The notes under the pieces were generated by a model, which saw nothing but the letters and a program-made list of their open reading frames with translations, did not search any database and was not told the DNA's origin. 56,055 nucleotides of DNA, from contig CALSCP010001260.1 of NCBI GenBank assembly GCA_943704425.1, forward strand, positions 15,862 to 71,916. Direction: 5' to 3'. Every line of letters begins with the position of its first letter. Position 1 is the stretch's first letter. This DNA comes from Ministeria vibrans ATCC 50519 (lineage: Eukaryota; Protista; Filasterea). Of this stretch, positions 36,991 to 49,191 are shown piece by piece. The position numbers and the translations under genes were made by a program.

Positions 36991-37982
36991 GTCTATGTGA
37001 CAAAGAAACTGAGAAAGATATAACTGATAAGTGATAACTGATTAAATACGTAATAAATGATCGATACAAACCAGACCTTGTTTATTATTAATTTTCTTTT
37101 TTATGTCCCTCTCAGGATATGGTGTGTCTGGTGCCTATCGCGTCACTTGTCTGGTCAATGGTCATCATCCAACCTGTGCTCGCTTTTTTTTATGCTCCTG
37201 TAGCTTAACAAGTGGTTCTGAGGTGTTTGTGATTGTGATTGATAATCCCCTGTGACCCTGCCAGTGGACTGCTTTGAGAAACAATGTTCGGTTTGAGAAA
37301 ACAACTCTATTGGTTTGTACGTTCTAAGCTCGAGTATTCTTGAAGGCCGCTGCATGCTTTTTTTTGCCGCTGCATGCTTGCAAGGTTCAACAGACACCTT
37401 ATGGTGTCAGACATAAGCTTTCACTCGAGGTATGGCGTACCATTGCGATTGCCTCACTCGATAGCGACGAGACAGCACTCTGACCTGCCATTGTTCTCCT
37501 ATGTTATCTGTAGAGTTTTGGTTGAGCTTGCAAGGCGATCTCATATTGGCTGTGTTTTTGTGTAGTGACTGTATCATAAAGGTGTGCGTGTGGGAGTTTG
37601 CCTTTAGCGCGGAAATTAAAATACGCACACTAATACGGCTCGTCTCGGGCAAACCGCGCGTCCCCGTCCCAAATGCTTGCCATTCTCATGCTCTGTCTCT
37701 TACGGCAGTTCAAGGTGGTGCCGCTAAAAAAAATCAATAATAATGATGCTTCGCATATTATTGATTTTTTCCGCTGGGCGACGACGTCTGCCACCTTCGT
37801 ACTGCTCCGTGTTGTTTAATTATTAAACTTTCAGGTGACTTTCATTGATATAAGCCAACATAAGACCCTCAGTCTTGATGAAGTTTTCAATACAACACTG
37901 CCTGTCACTAGCAGCATTGCTGACTGAGAAAACCCGACGCACCCATCTCTTTCACACCCAGCCTGACATGTAGGCGATCTGT

Positions 37983-38660
37983 ATGGCATTGTGGTATAGC
38001 AACCCCGTCCAGGAGCTGGTCATCTGGACGGACAATGAGGCGGCAAGGAAGGCAGCCAATCAGCTGCTCACGGACGCCGCAGAGCACATGGACGACAGGA
38101 CAAGAAGGCCGCCGGATGAAGGCGGCTCAAGGGCGGCGCTACGGCAGGCCCCTGTGACAACAGCCCTCCTGTGAAGAGCAGCGCAGCAGCGTTGCGCTCC
38201 GACCCGAGTGGAGCACGTGAAGGCACACGTACAGCCTCCAACTCGACAGGAAGAGGCGTGGAACAACAGGGCAGACGCACTGGCCAGACGACGGGCTCGC
38301 ACAGTCCCGCTGGAGCCGGACATGCTTCCCATTGGCGCGATGATTGCTTCGAGTAGACTGATGATGTACACTTGTGTGGCACGCGATGACGGCAGAATGA
38401 CACTCGCGATCGACGAGCCCATTTCGGACAAGCTGACGGCGAACCTTGAGCGGCGTTTGTGGAGGCAGTGGGGCCAATATATATTACAAGGCACGGTGGT
38501 GCGCGGCGGTGGGTTGCGGGCTCTTCCCGACAAAGCGAAGGTTCTGACTTTAATCTGTTGTATGACAGTCTACCGGTAGCGAGCGTAGAGGGCCTTGCGC
38601 AGTCGACAGCATGTAAGTACTGTGCGACAGTGGAGACCACCGCGCACATCTTTGAGTACG
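37983..38660 (+). mobile_element. Degenerate retrotransposon fragment (RNase H C-terminal half plus Cys/His knuckle)
   Basis: LVIWTDN, EHVKAH, WNNRADALAR (RNase H), interrupted by an in-frame TGA at 38172-38174; frameshifted CKYC...ETTAHIF resembles the non-LTR C-terminal zinc motif. Confidence 0.7.
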
Positions 38661-38701
38661 GTGCCCAACCCTTCTTACTCCAACTGCTCGTGTGCGGAAG
38701 G

Positions 38702-38900
38702 GTTTTTTTTTTGGAAGTCCTAGGGCAAAACCTTCATTGTACAAGACAATCTAGCCATCCGAAGTGGCTGCTTCACCCCCGCATGAGCCGAAACGGATAT
38801 CCCGAGAGATTTTTTTTTTGGAAAACCTAGGATGAAAGCTTCATTGTACAAGACAATCTAGTCCTCCGAAGCGGCTGCTCCATCCCCGCATGGGCCGAAA
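38702..38900 (-). repeat. Two tandem ~110-bp copies of a poly(A)-tailed element end
   Basis: ttttttttggaa..cctagg...aaa.cttcattgtacaagacaatctag...ccgaag.ggctgct.ca.ccccgcatg.gccgaaa occurs twice; the same end motif is at 40265-40310. Confidence 0.7.
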
Positions 38901-40106
38901 TGCAGAGCCATTCACCCAAGCAAGTAAGCCCTGAGGCGTTCACTTCCTGAGTGGCGCCACATGGGCCGATCATTAAGGTCGGTCAGGAATGAGTGTGATG
39001 ACCAACCCGCCCTTTTTTAATTAAACTTTCAGGTGACTTTCATTGATACAACAAGCCAACATAATCTTGATTACAACACTGTCTATCTAGTACTAGACCA
39101 ACCCGCCCTGCACTTGGTGTCTAGTTGTTAACAGGTCGTCGGCCGTGACGCGTCGCAACCCAGCCTACGCTCGCAAAGATGCAGTAGCGGCTGCGAAGTA
39201 GGTCCTAGAGGCGGCGTATGAGCACTACAGGGAGTGGCAACGGCACCAGCAGAGCCCCTGCAGGATGTCTGCTGCCTGTTACTGGTGTTTTTATTTCCTA
39301 TTAATTCATCTTTTTCTGTTTTTCCTTCAATTATTTCCCTTCCCCTTTTCGCATTATCCTTTTTCCTCTTTCCTTCTCCCATTTTCATGCGAGTTGTTAT
39401 TAATTATTAGCTGCTGAGCGTTTAATCGGTTCACTGTGCCTTTTTTCAGGTAACCTTTTATTGCAAGGTTATGCGGTGGTGAAGCAGCCGGTGCGGGTTT
39501 AATCGATTAGATTGCGAATGAAGCTTTTGCTATTAACAAACCATAGCTATGAAAATGAGCTGTGACGAACTCAAATGTTCCCCATATGAAGTGCCATCTC
39601 TGCAGATCCCTCGCGCACGTCCGGACATAGGGCTTGCGCATTTAATTAATTAAATATTTCCATATGCACATCCTCGATCAAATGGCAAATAATTATGTTG
39701 TATTTCGCATTATACAATGTTTATATTGAAATTGTTTGTGATATATTTCGCGCAATATCAACGACGGCAATTATTATGTAATTGAATCGCTATGAGAGGC
39801 GAAATAATTCTAAGTATTTGTTTAGACACGGCTTATAATTAATTATTGACAATCACTAAACGTTTCAAAATCGCCTGACTTGCTTGCTGTGTTCCTAATT
39901 GGGGTTAACCCTAGGGGTGCATGCAGTCTAATTAGCCACAGACTAAGTACTTACTACTCTACGTAAATTTAAATAGCTTTGCCTGAGGGAACTTCAAAAA
40001 AGAGGCGGTGAAAAACGCTCAAGAGTAGTTGTTGCAACGTACCAACCAACCAGAACCATGCCAAAAGGAATGGAAACTAGTGATGCTCCGGCCAACAAAA
40101 TGAGAG

Positions 40107-40172
<66 letters not shown>

Positions 40173-40207
40173 AAAAAGAGAGAGAGAGAAAAAAAAAAAA
40201 AAGAAAA

Positions 40208-40251
<44 letters not shown>

Positions 40252-40264
40252 CTGTTGTTGTTGC

Positions 40265-40790
40265 TTTTTTTTTCGAAGTCCTAGGTCAAAAGCTTCATTG
40301 TACAGGACAGCTGTTGTTGTTGCTTGCTGGGCTGCACGTTCAAAAATATGCACTGTAGTGTCTGTCATCACGCAGTATTTGCAAGTTGCAGACCTCCCGA
40401 ATCCTCGAGGTCTTTGAGCTGTACACTGGCTGTCGGTAAGATGCTCCTCGCCAGTCTGACCGGGAATGTTTGCATAAAGGCGTTCGACCCAGTGCCGCAC
40501 ACACTACAGTTCCTGGTCCCAATGTCGAACCACCGTGCCCTGCGCTCTGTGCTGCTCCTATTCTCACGAGACAGATGTCACTCATGGCCCGAGTTAGGTT
40601 GTTTGACATGCTCATCGAGGACTCAGAGTCTGATTCTATTGCCCGCGCCTCATAGGTATACGTACATCTGCATCCAACTTAACAAGATCATGACGCCCAT
40701 CGTCAGCACGTGCTGCTCGATAGGGGCTGCACAAGCCTGGGTCGCAAGTGTTGTTCCAAACTTTCAATTGCTGTGTGCCTTGACGTGATC
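40265..40790 (-). mobile_element. Second diverged, decayed copy of the same retroelement 3' end
   Basis: CKYCVMTDTTVHIFE matches CKYCATVETTAHIFE of the first copy; ends ...gtacaatgaagcttttgacctaggacttcg-A9, followed by microsatellites. Confidence 0.6.
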
Positions 40791-41072
40791 TACCCGCGTC
40801 GGTGTGTGATGTTTGTGTTATTTATTTTCAAAGAGTGATTGTGGAGTAAGAGAGATGAATGCCTCAGTGCTGCTACTAATACACAGCGCTGTATTATATA
40901 GTCGTATATTGACTTGTATCAATAAAGGCTTAATTAAAAAGTTACTTTAAAAGAACGAGATTGAAAGTTCAATAGAGAATAGTGAGAAATAAAAATGATA
41001 TTCACACCACAAAACAAAACAAAACAAAACTGCAAAACAAAGTAGGAGCTCATGCATGCGCCAAAAGTTTTT

Positions 41073-44000
41073 TCAACAGCATCTAACGTACTCCTCGCGC
41101 AGCGCCACATACTGGAAAAATTTAAGAAGGGTGGAGGAGCACGAGAGAAGAATCTCAACGACGAGCACGAAAGCTTGAATAGCCACAATGAAGAAGGTGA
41201 AGAAATCCTCAGAGAAAAAGTCGCGCTCCATTTGTTGCGGGACAGAGGGATCCTGGAACATGGGGGCGGTAGCATTGAAATGGCCGAGATGCAGCATGTC
41301 GCCGAGAGTGACGGTGAAGAGTAACACGACCGCAATGGTATTAATGACAAGCATGATGAACAGCATGTGACGACGGTACTTCACAAGACCCTGATGGATC
41401 AACTTCTTCTCCTTAAGCGTGCTCACCTGACGCAGCGTAGCGCACTTGCTGGTCGCAACGGCAAACGCCGGCTTGAGCGACTCGTTGTACGTGCACAGTA
41501 GCTGTCGGCTTGTTGGCTCATGATCAGCCCCACTCCACGCGACCTTCGTGTCTGGCTCCGCGCCAAGCACACACAGAAAGACAAAGGGCGCATCAATGGT
41601 CATCGACGCCACATCTCGACTACCCTCTTGCAAGAACAGATCCACTTGCTCCGGCTCGACCTCTTCGATAGCAGTGAAGAGAGCCACACCGTCAGGCTGC
41701 GCGAGCTCCAGGGCCGTCGCGTCCACCTGCGCGCTTGTCTCCGGCGTCTGCTCCTGCAACTCCACCACACGCGCCGCCTCAGCCGATGCGGTCAAGTCGG
41801 TTCCACAGCAAAGCAGGTAGTGACGGAGCCAGCGGAAGACAGTGCTCGACGAAATGCGCTCGCGCTCACGCGAGTTGCAGCCCAAAAAGTACGGAATAGA
41901 TGAGAAAACGGACTCGTAGAAGCCGAGCGAGTCATCGTCAAGGTCTTGCGGGGCTTGCTGCAACTGCTGCTGCTTGACCGTCTCGCGTGTGCCCCACGAC
42001 TGCTCAATCATGTTGCACATGGCGTAAATGGGCAGGATCATAAAGGAGAAGGGAATGAGAGGGATGAAGGGAATGCCATACAAAATGAGATAGGCATGTT
42101 TCGGATGGAGCAGTGCGGCGAGCAGAAACACTGCACACAGAAGATAAAAGAAGAGAGCGGCAGGCGCATACGGACGGTACGTAAAGCTCACAATGAGACC
42201 CAAAAAGGCCACAACCATGAGAAAGCCAAGCACAAGCGACCACAGAATGGTGGCAAATTCGCGGATCTTCTTGCCATTCTTGTTGGCGGGCAGTGTCACA
42301 AGCAGCACTGCATACATAAACGTAATAACAGAAATGCTCACGCCCAGTGCGACTTCATTAGCGCCGTGCCACACGCTCGGAAGACCCGCTGAGAGCAGCA
42401 GAATCGTAATGGCCTATCGGGTTGAGAAGGAAAAAAAAGTCAGCAAAAAGAACACCAACACGACAAAAACAATCATAATACCAATAATAAAACAATGAAA
42501 TAAATGAAGTGAAGAGCAAAAAACAACAACAACAATAATAATGATAATAATAATAATAATAATTATTATTATTATTATAATTAACTATTATTATTATGAC
42601 AATACAATAATTATTATACATTAAAATCAACAACAATACAGGAAGAGCGCACATTGATCAATGAGAAATCAGTTTGTTTTGTTTGTCTTACGGGAGAGAG
42701 CATTGAGATCCAAAAGACGATACCCTGAAAAACGATAAAGGGCCAAGTAATTGAGGGGTTCTGATGGACGAGACGACTGGCATTGGACATCATGTCGAGG
42801 GTGTTGGAGATGGTTGACGCAATCCACCGCCTCTGCTGTGTAATGTACTCACTCCATGTTTCGGGGCAGTAAGTCCATGCAGTGGCACCCGGGCAGTAAG
42901 TGGTGCGCCCCCCCGCGAAGAGCAAGAGCAGCGTGAGTCGCCGATCTTCGCCCATTTCATAGTTGAGGAAGTACGTGGGAACGTCTGGCATGCACGCAGA
43001 GTATTCAGTAAGAACCTAGAAGTAAAAATTGAATTAGTAACAAAAACAAAAAAATATAAAAAATTCATTATTAAAATAATAATAATAATAAAGAATACAC
43101 AATTATTACATTTGTTTTGTCAAAGAGAAAGAGAAAGAGAGAGAGGAAAGAAAAAAACAAGAAAGAGAGAGGAGTGAAAAAGATATAGAGTCGCAAATGT
43201 AAGACCCCTTTTTTTTCTTGTTTTTTTTTCGCTTTTTTAATAAAATACTTACTGCGTCGAGTCCTTTGAAGCGATACATGGAAAAGGCACCGGGAAGACA
43301 CAGACAGGAGCCACTGATGGACTCGGCGTTTTTCATCAACCACTGTGACATAGCATAGCTAAACTTCTGCAGCGAACCAATCATGCCAGAGGAGCCTCGC
43401 GTGCGAGGCATGACAGAGCCACACACGCCTTGAAGGTCTGCGTCAATGTCAAGCTTCTCTTTGAGCAGCCCCACATCGCGTGGTTTGAATGCCATGTCAG
43501 CGTCAAAGAACAGCACATAGACATTGTCGGGTGCGATCCCTTTGCCCCGTAGCTTCATTGCTTCCACGCGTTCTCGCAGTGTGTGCAAGAGCAACACTTG
43601 ACTCCACCGTTTACCGCGCTATCCCAAACAAAACAAAACAAATATTATTAGTACAATTTTATTTTGCTATATTGCCAAGATACACACACAAAGACAATTC
43701 AGAGAATTACAACCCCCCCCCCCAAAAAAACAACAAAAAAAAAAACCGAAACAAAAACAAATAACTACACAAATACAATAAAATTTAATAATGTCATCAC
43801 ATACAAAGAACAAGTAAAACAAACACCAGCTAATAAAACATTTTTTTACCCTCCAACGCCCTTGGTACTCCTCGTTGAGCTTGTAGTGCACGACGTACAG
43901 CGCGCCGCCCGGCAAGAGGTACGTCTCACGAATGCCGTACCAAGGCGTAATGCTCTGGCTCGATCGTTTGATGTCCGGTTGCTTCTCAAGGACCATCTGC

Positions 44001-46354
44001 AGTCGGCGACCAACCTCAGAGACGCGTAGAGAGCCGTCCTTCTTGTCGGGGATCAACTCAGCACCATTGTCAAACAGCACGTTGAATTCCATCAAAGGAG
44101 GTTCCTTCGATTTATTTCTGCGCGCCAGAAGATACTTATCCGTTAAGCGAGCTTTGGCCAATTCGTAGACACTGTTGAACGACGTCGCAATCTCAAATGT
44201 CGACTAAAACACAAAAGGTGAGACAATTTTTGAAATGGATGTGCACAACTCAAACCTCGTTGTAGTAGCCGTTAAAGCCAACGATGAGGGTGCGCGGAAC
44301 ATTGTCTATTTTCACTCGCTGAAGCGCCATGCCGGTGTTTGAATTGGAGGACGCGGGTCGGGTAGGGGACGTCGGGGGCTGACCGAGCGGCCGACTGAGT
44401 GGCTGACTTCCGGCAGGGTGCTTGTTCTTCAGTAACTCGGACTTTATCACCAACACGCTCTGTTCGTCGGAGCGAGAGTCTTGTCTAGGCGTCAGGCTTG
44501 TACTTGTGCTGGGTCCGCTGTCGTCGTCGGCAGCGTCGTTGTCGTCGTCAGATAGACTGCCAAAAGAAGCTTCTTCGTCAATCGACTGCGCGAGAAGCCC
44601 CGACGACGAACGACACGGGCGGGCAGGCGCGACAATAGGCTGAACACTGCAACTGGTGGTCGCAAGGTCGTCAGGAGGGTCATCTCCAAAGATGGTCATG
44701 AGAAGGGTCTTGGAGAAGGTCCGCTTGCGCACGTCGCTGTCGGCCGACGGGGCACGACTCGAGCGGCTCATACCAAGAGCGCTGGCGGCCACTACTGCGT
44801 CGGGCTCGTCGACAAGCCTGTGGTACTGGGCACTGCTTGTGTCGTCTTCGTTGGCGGAAAGCATTGAAAGAGTTTCCTCAATGTCCGAGTGCTTGTTCTT
44901 GCGCGTCTTTTGAATCTCCCTGTCGTTCTCGCGCAACACAATGTTGAACAAAAGTCGCGCATAGCTGCAAAAAAGGATAAAAAGATATAATTTATTTATT
45001 ATTATGCATTATTATCTTAGTTATCTTACACGTCGATGGAGAAAGTGGCCGGATTGAAAAAGTATCGATGGGCTCGAGCGGTGACTTGGGACGAACGACG
45101 CCACATGGCCGGAGTGAGGAAGAAGAAAAGCACGGCGAGACAAACAATGAAAGGCAGTGCAGTCATGTAGTAGGAAGAGGGCGCCGCCTTGTCAACGCAC
45201 TGCAGACCGGATGGCCAAGGAAAGGGCAGCTCGCAGTTGTAGGCCATAATTGTCATGGCAAGAGCTGCTCCCTCAATCATGGGTAGTGTCAGCAGTTCAA
45301 TGTTGAGACGAGTTGCCATGGCAGCCTATATAATTATAAAGAAAGAAATTAATACAATAATAGGGTGCGGATAATAAAAATAATAATAGTAAAAAATAAT
45401 ACTACGAATAATAAGAAACATAATATTAATATTATTATTTCTTACGTAGGAAAGACAGTAGATGGCAAAGGGTCCGAATGAAGCCATCATGAAGAGGGGG
45501 AAAAAGGCATGAGAGGGGCTGAATTCTTTGAGGCTGTTCCACATCTCGGCTGCGTCAAATTGAGCTTCAGAGTGCAACTGAACCATCACCGAGGGTAGCA
45601 CAAGGATAAGAATTAAGTCAAGGGTGCTGCGAAAGAGAAGAGTACTGTAGCGCTTGCGCATGGCCAATTGGTGGGGACTTCGCACGGCGTTCTCGACGTA
45701 GCCGACGCCCAGAAGAAGCATGGCGATGGGTGCCTCCCACAGGGACGTGTGAGGAAGGCGCTTCGTGTAGTACGGTTCGGTAATAAGAAGAGCAAGACCG
45801 GCAACAAAGCAAGCAAGGTTGAAAAAGGCCCGAATCTTCATGTTTTGGTCAAAGAAGACAACGAAGGAGACAAAGGCGGGCAAAATAAAAATACCCGCGG
45901 GAACAATCATGCCAAAAAATGCACGGACGTCTGGCAGAACAATCACCACAAGCATGCTGAGTCCAACAGACTTGCCCACGGCAACGATTGTGAGCTGAAT
46001 GTAGTCGCGAGGCGTGAGAGCTTCCGTTGAATCGCGAGAGTATTTGTAGAACAAAGGGTGGGCGCTCAGGGGAATAACATTGTCCACAAAACCATCCGTC
46101 TTAATCTTAAATGGCCTGTTCGGCGCGCGTCTACCGTACTTGTGGTACTGGTGCAAGTTGGTGAAGAAGGTCAGGAGCGCAGAGATCATCAGTGCGAGGA
46201 CAAGGAGGGCCATTGCCAAGGGCGATTGGTCGGTCTGCTTGCCGGCGATGTCCACAAGATAATAAGAGTACATCATCGTGAAAAAGACGGTCGCTACCAT
46301 GCACAGGTGCAGTACAATCCCGTACAAGATGCGAGATGTCACGCGGCCGTTCAT
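41073..46354 (-). CDS. CHS: Chitin synthase (GT2), metazoan-like architecture with N-terminal multi-TM region; multi-exon, start uncertain
   Basis: TPWYG, GKRWSQV, FFDAD, G.CG.V.P, QKFSYA...W..K.AES..G...CLPGAFS.YR, MGEDR.L, TYCPE.W.EY..QQRRW..ST..N, SWGTRE, with flanking TM helices. Confidence 0.9.
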
Positions 46355-46945
46355 TTTTTGTTCTCCTACAAAGGTATAAATAAATTTTATTTTCCCCTCA
46401 TTTTCACGCAAATGGGGCGGTACGCAAGTAGCCACATCACGCATGTACGCACGCTCTATCTTGATTCTACGATTCTAGGCGGGTTGGGTGGCAAGGGGCA
46501 AAGGGAAAGAAAGAAAAAGAAACTTTTGCAATTTGGACGAATTCTCGTCTCTTTTTTGTCAACAAAAAAAGATCCGAGAAGCAGATGAGACGAATAGCGG
46601 TGCGTGGACGTTGAATCGACGGTGATTAAACTATGAATATAATACAATGGGATATTCTGGAAAGTGGGGAACACGCGCGTAGATAATAGAAAAGCGGAAG
46701 AATTTAAAAAAGAGACGATTTTTTTTTAACATTTCAGAGTTCAGCGAGATGAATGATTTGACAACTGACAAGTACGTTCCACTTTGGAATGTGTAAAATA
46801 TATGTTGAAGGCTTACCAAATGATTCTCGCGTCAAAAAGAAAGAGAAAAAAAAAAGTAAGACAGAGTGAATTCAATTGGATTAACATTTAACCCAAGCTT
46901 GGTAAATTGTAAATTGTAATACACTTTTTTCTTCAAAAAAGTAAA

Positions 46946-47665
46946 ATGAAGGTCGCTGTCGCCCTGCTTGGTCTTGTCGCTTGCTGCTTTGGCTCAGTGC
47001 CAAGCTTTAATATTGGCATTACGGCGTGTCGGTGAGTTTTTGTTCAGTTTTTGTGGACATCATTTTTTGCTGTCGAGTCGTCACGGACAACCTCGCTGGC
47101 TTGCTCGTGTGCCAAATCGTGTGCGTACATTGTAATGGTGCTGGTGGTGCCGCACGTCCGCCTTTAACGTGGGGGATGACCCCCGTTTCTTAAGAGAGCG
47201 ACCGACGAAGAACCAATGTTTTTTCCTTGGGGGGTTGTTTTTTTTGCTTTGCTCTTTTTTCGTTCTTTGGCGAGCGTGCAGACATGCGCAAACCGGTGTA
47301 GAAACTGGGAGTTCATTGGTTGTGGGAAGCTGCGAGAACAAGCAAGCGTCGTTTGAGAATTGTCTTCTTTTAGAATGGAGGCGTATTGCACCGGCGACAC
47401 TGTCAGCGTGACGGCCAGCACAGGCACGGCGCACACATACCAGCGCAATCGTGTTGTTGTGCTGAGCACGGGGTTCAGCTATGTGTCTGTGGACGCGAGC
47501 ATCGTCGCGACAGCAGCCGTCAGCTCGAGTACTCCGGTGGCGCTCGTGCAAAACTCTGGCACAGGTACGGTGATGAAAGTCACAGCGCAGCGTGACAGCT
47601 CGCCTGTGAACACGTGTGCATTCGTTGACAATGCTGAGCAGGCCTTGTCTGTTGGAGTTTCAACG
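46946..47665 (+). CDS. Secreted protein of unknown function, first two exons (46946-47031, 47374-47665); 3' end unresolved
   Basis: Signal peptide MKVAVALLGLVACCFG; GT-AG intron; beta-rich second exon ending at donor gtaaga. Confidence 0.55.
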
Positions 47666-48471
47666 GTAAGAGTATATTTACATTTTCAGCCAGCAGGGAT
47701 AAACGAAGGATATTCTGTAGGTGTTTGGCTCGGCGACATGCACTCCTCTCGCTTTCAAGACAATCATCACCTAAACATCAAATCTCAGGACTCAATGTTG
47801 CAAGCAATACACGTTGCGGGAGTTTGCGTTTTTTAGTAGAGTCGTTTTTTTTGGAATGTTGTCGTCTCGAAGTCGTCTCGTTTTAGCTAAGTGCCTCATG
47901 CCATGGGGTTTCTTGCGGGTTGGGGGCTTGTGGGCAAGGGTGATACATTGATGTACTAGCCACAACTCTATGACAGCTCTCCGTGTTGCTGTTGCTGTTG
48001 ATGCTAACCCAAACCCTAACCCCTGACGGAACCAATGACGCACCGTCCTGGTAAAGTCGGGAGCGTTGAATTGACGTTGAATAGCAAAGGCGGCGCGTTC
48101 CAGCAGGCTACGTAGTACAAGGCTAAAGCAACACCCAGCCTTTTTGAATGATACAGCCACCACGTGAAAACACAGCCCCAGCAGAGACCGCCTTGCAAAC
48201 CCCGAAGTAAAACAGTGCAGTATTGCATTCGAAGTGCAGTGGGGGAGTGCATCCTTCTCGCTTGCTCTCTGAACAGTCCCCCTGGCCTCTGCTGGGATCA
48301 ACAAACTGGTCGCCAGTCCATTGAGTCCATTTCGACGCTCCTGTATTTTATGCTTATGAAAGCGTGTTGTCTGTGGAGTCAGCTGTTTGCGATGTCGCGT
48401 TTTGAATTTGAGACAAGCCTGGAATTTTTTTATATACTTTTTTAATTTTTTTCATTCTTCAAAAAAGTAAA

Positions 48472-49191
48472 ATGAAGGTCGCTGTCGCCCTGCTTGGTCT
48501 TGTCGCTTGCTGCTTTGGCTCAGTGCCAAGCTTTAATATTGGCATTACGGCGTGTCGGTGAGTTTTTGTTCAGTTTTTGTGGACATCATTTTTTGCTGTC
48601 GAGTCGTCACGGACAACCTCGCTGGCTTGCTCGTGTGCCAAATCGTGTGCGTACATTGTAATGGTGCTGGTGGTGCCGCACGTCCGCCTTTAACGTGGGG
48701 GATGACCCCCGTTTCTTAAGAGAGCGACCGACGAAGAACCAATGTTTTTTCCTTGGGGGGTTGTTTTTTTTGCTTTGCTCTTTTTTCGTTCTTTGGCGAG
48801 CGTGCAGACATGCGCAAACCGGTGTAGAAACTGGGAGTTCATTGGTTGTGGGAAGCTGCGAGAACAAGCAAGCGTCGTTTGAGAATTGTCTTCTTTTAGA
48901 ATGGAGGCGTATTGCACCGGCGACACTGTCAGCGTGACGGCCAGCACAGGCACGGCGCACACATACCAGCGCAATCGTGTTGTTGTGCTGAGCACGGGGT
49001 TCAGCTATGTGTCTGTGGACGCGAGCATCGTCGCGACAGCAGCCGTCAGCTCGAGTACTCCGGTGGCGCTCGTGCAAAACTCTGGCACAGGTACGGTGAT
49101 GAAAGTCACAGCGCAGCGTGACAGCTCGCCTGTGAACACGTGTGCATTCGTTGACAATGCTGAGCAGGCCTTGTCTGTTGGAGTTTCAACG
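48472..49191 (+). CDS. Identical duplicate of the secreted-protein exons (offset 1526 bp)
   Basis: Sequence appears identical to 46946-47665 including the intron; lies next to an N gap. Confidence 0.4.

Noticed and set aside
48003-48024. Telomeric repeat or telomerase RNA template (ctaacccaaaccctaacccc)
   Set aside because: About three imperfect units only, with no supporting structure; compatible with chance.
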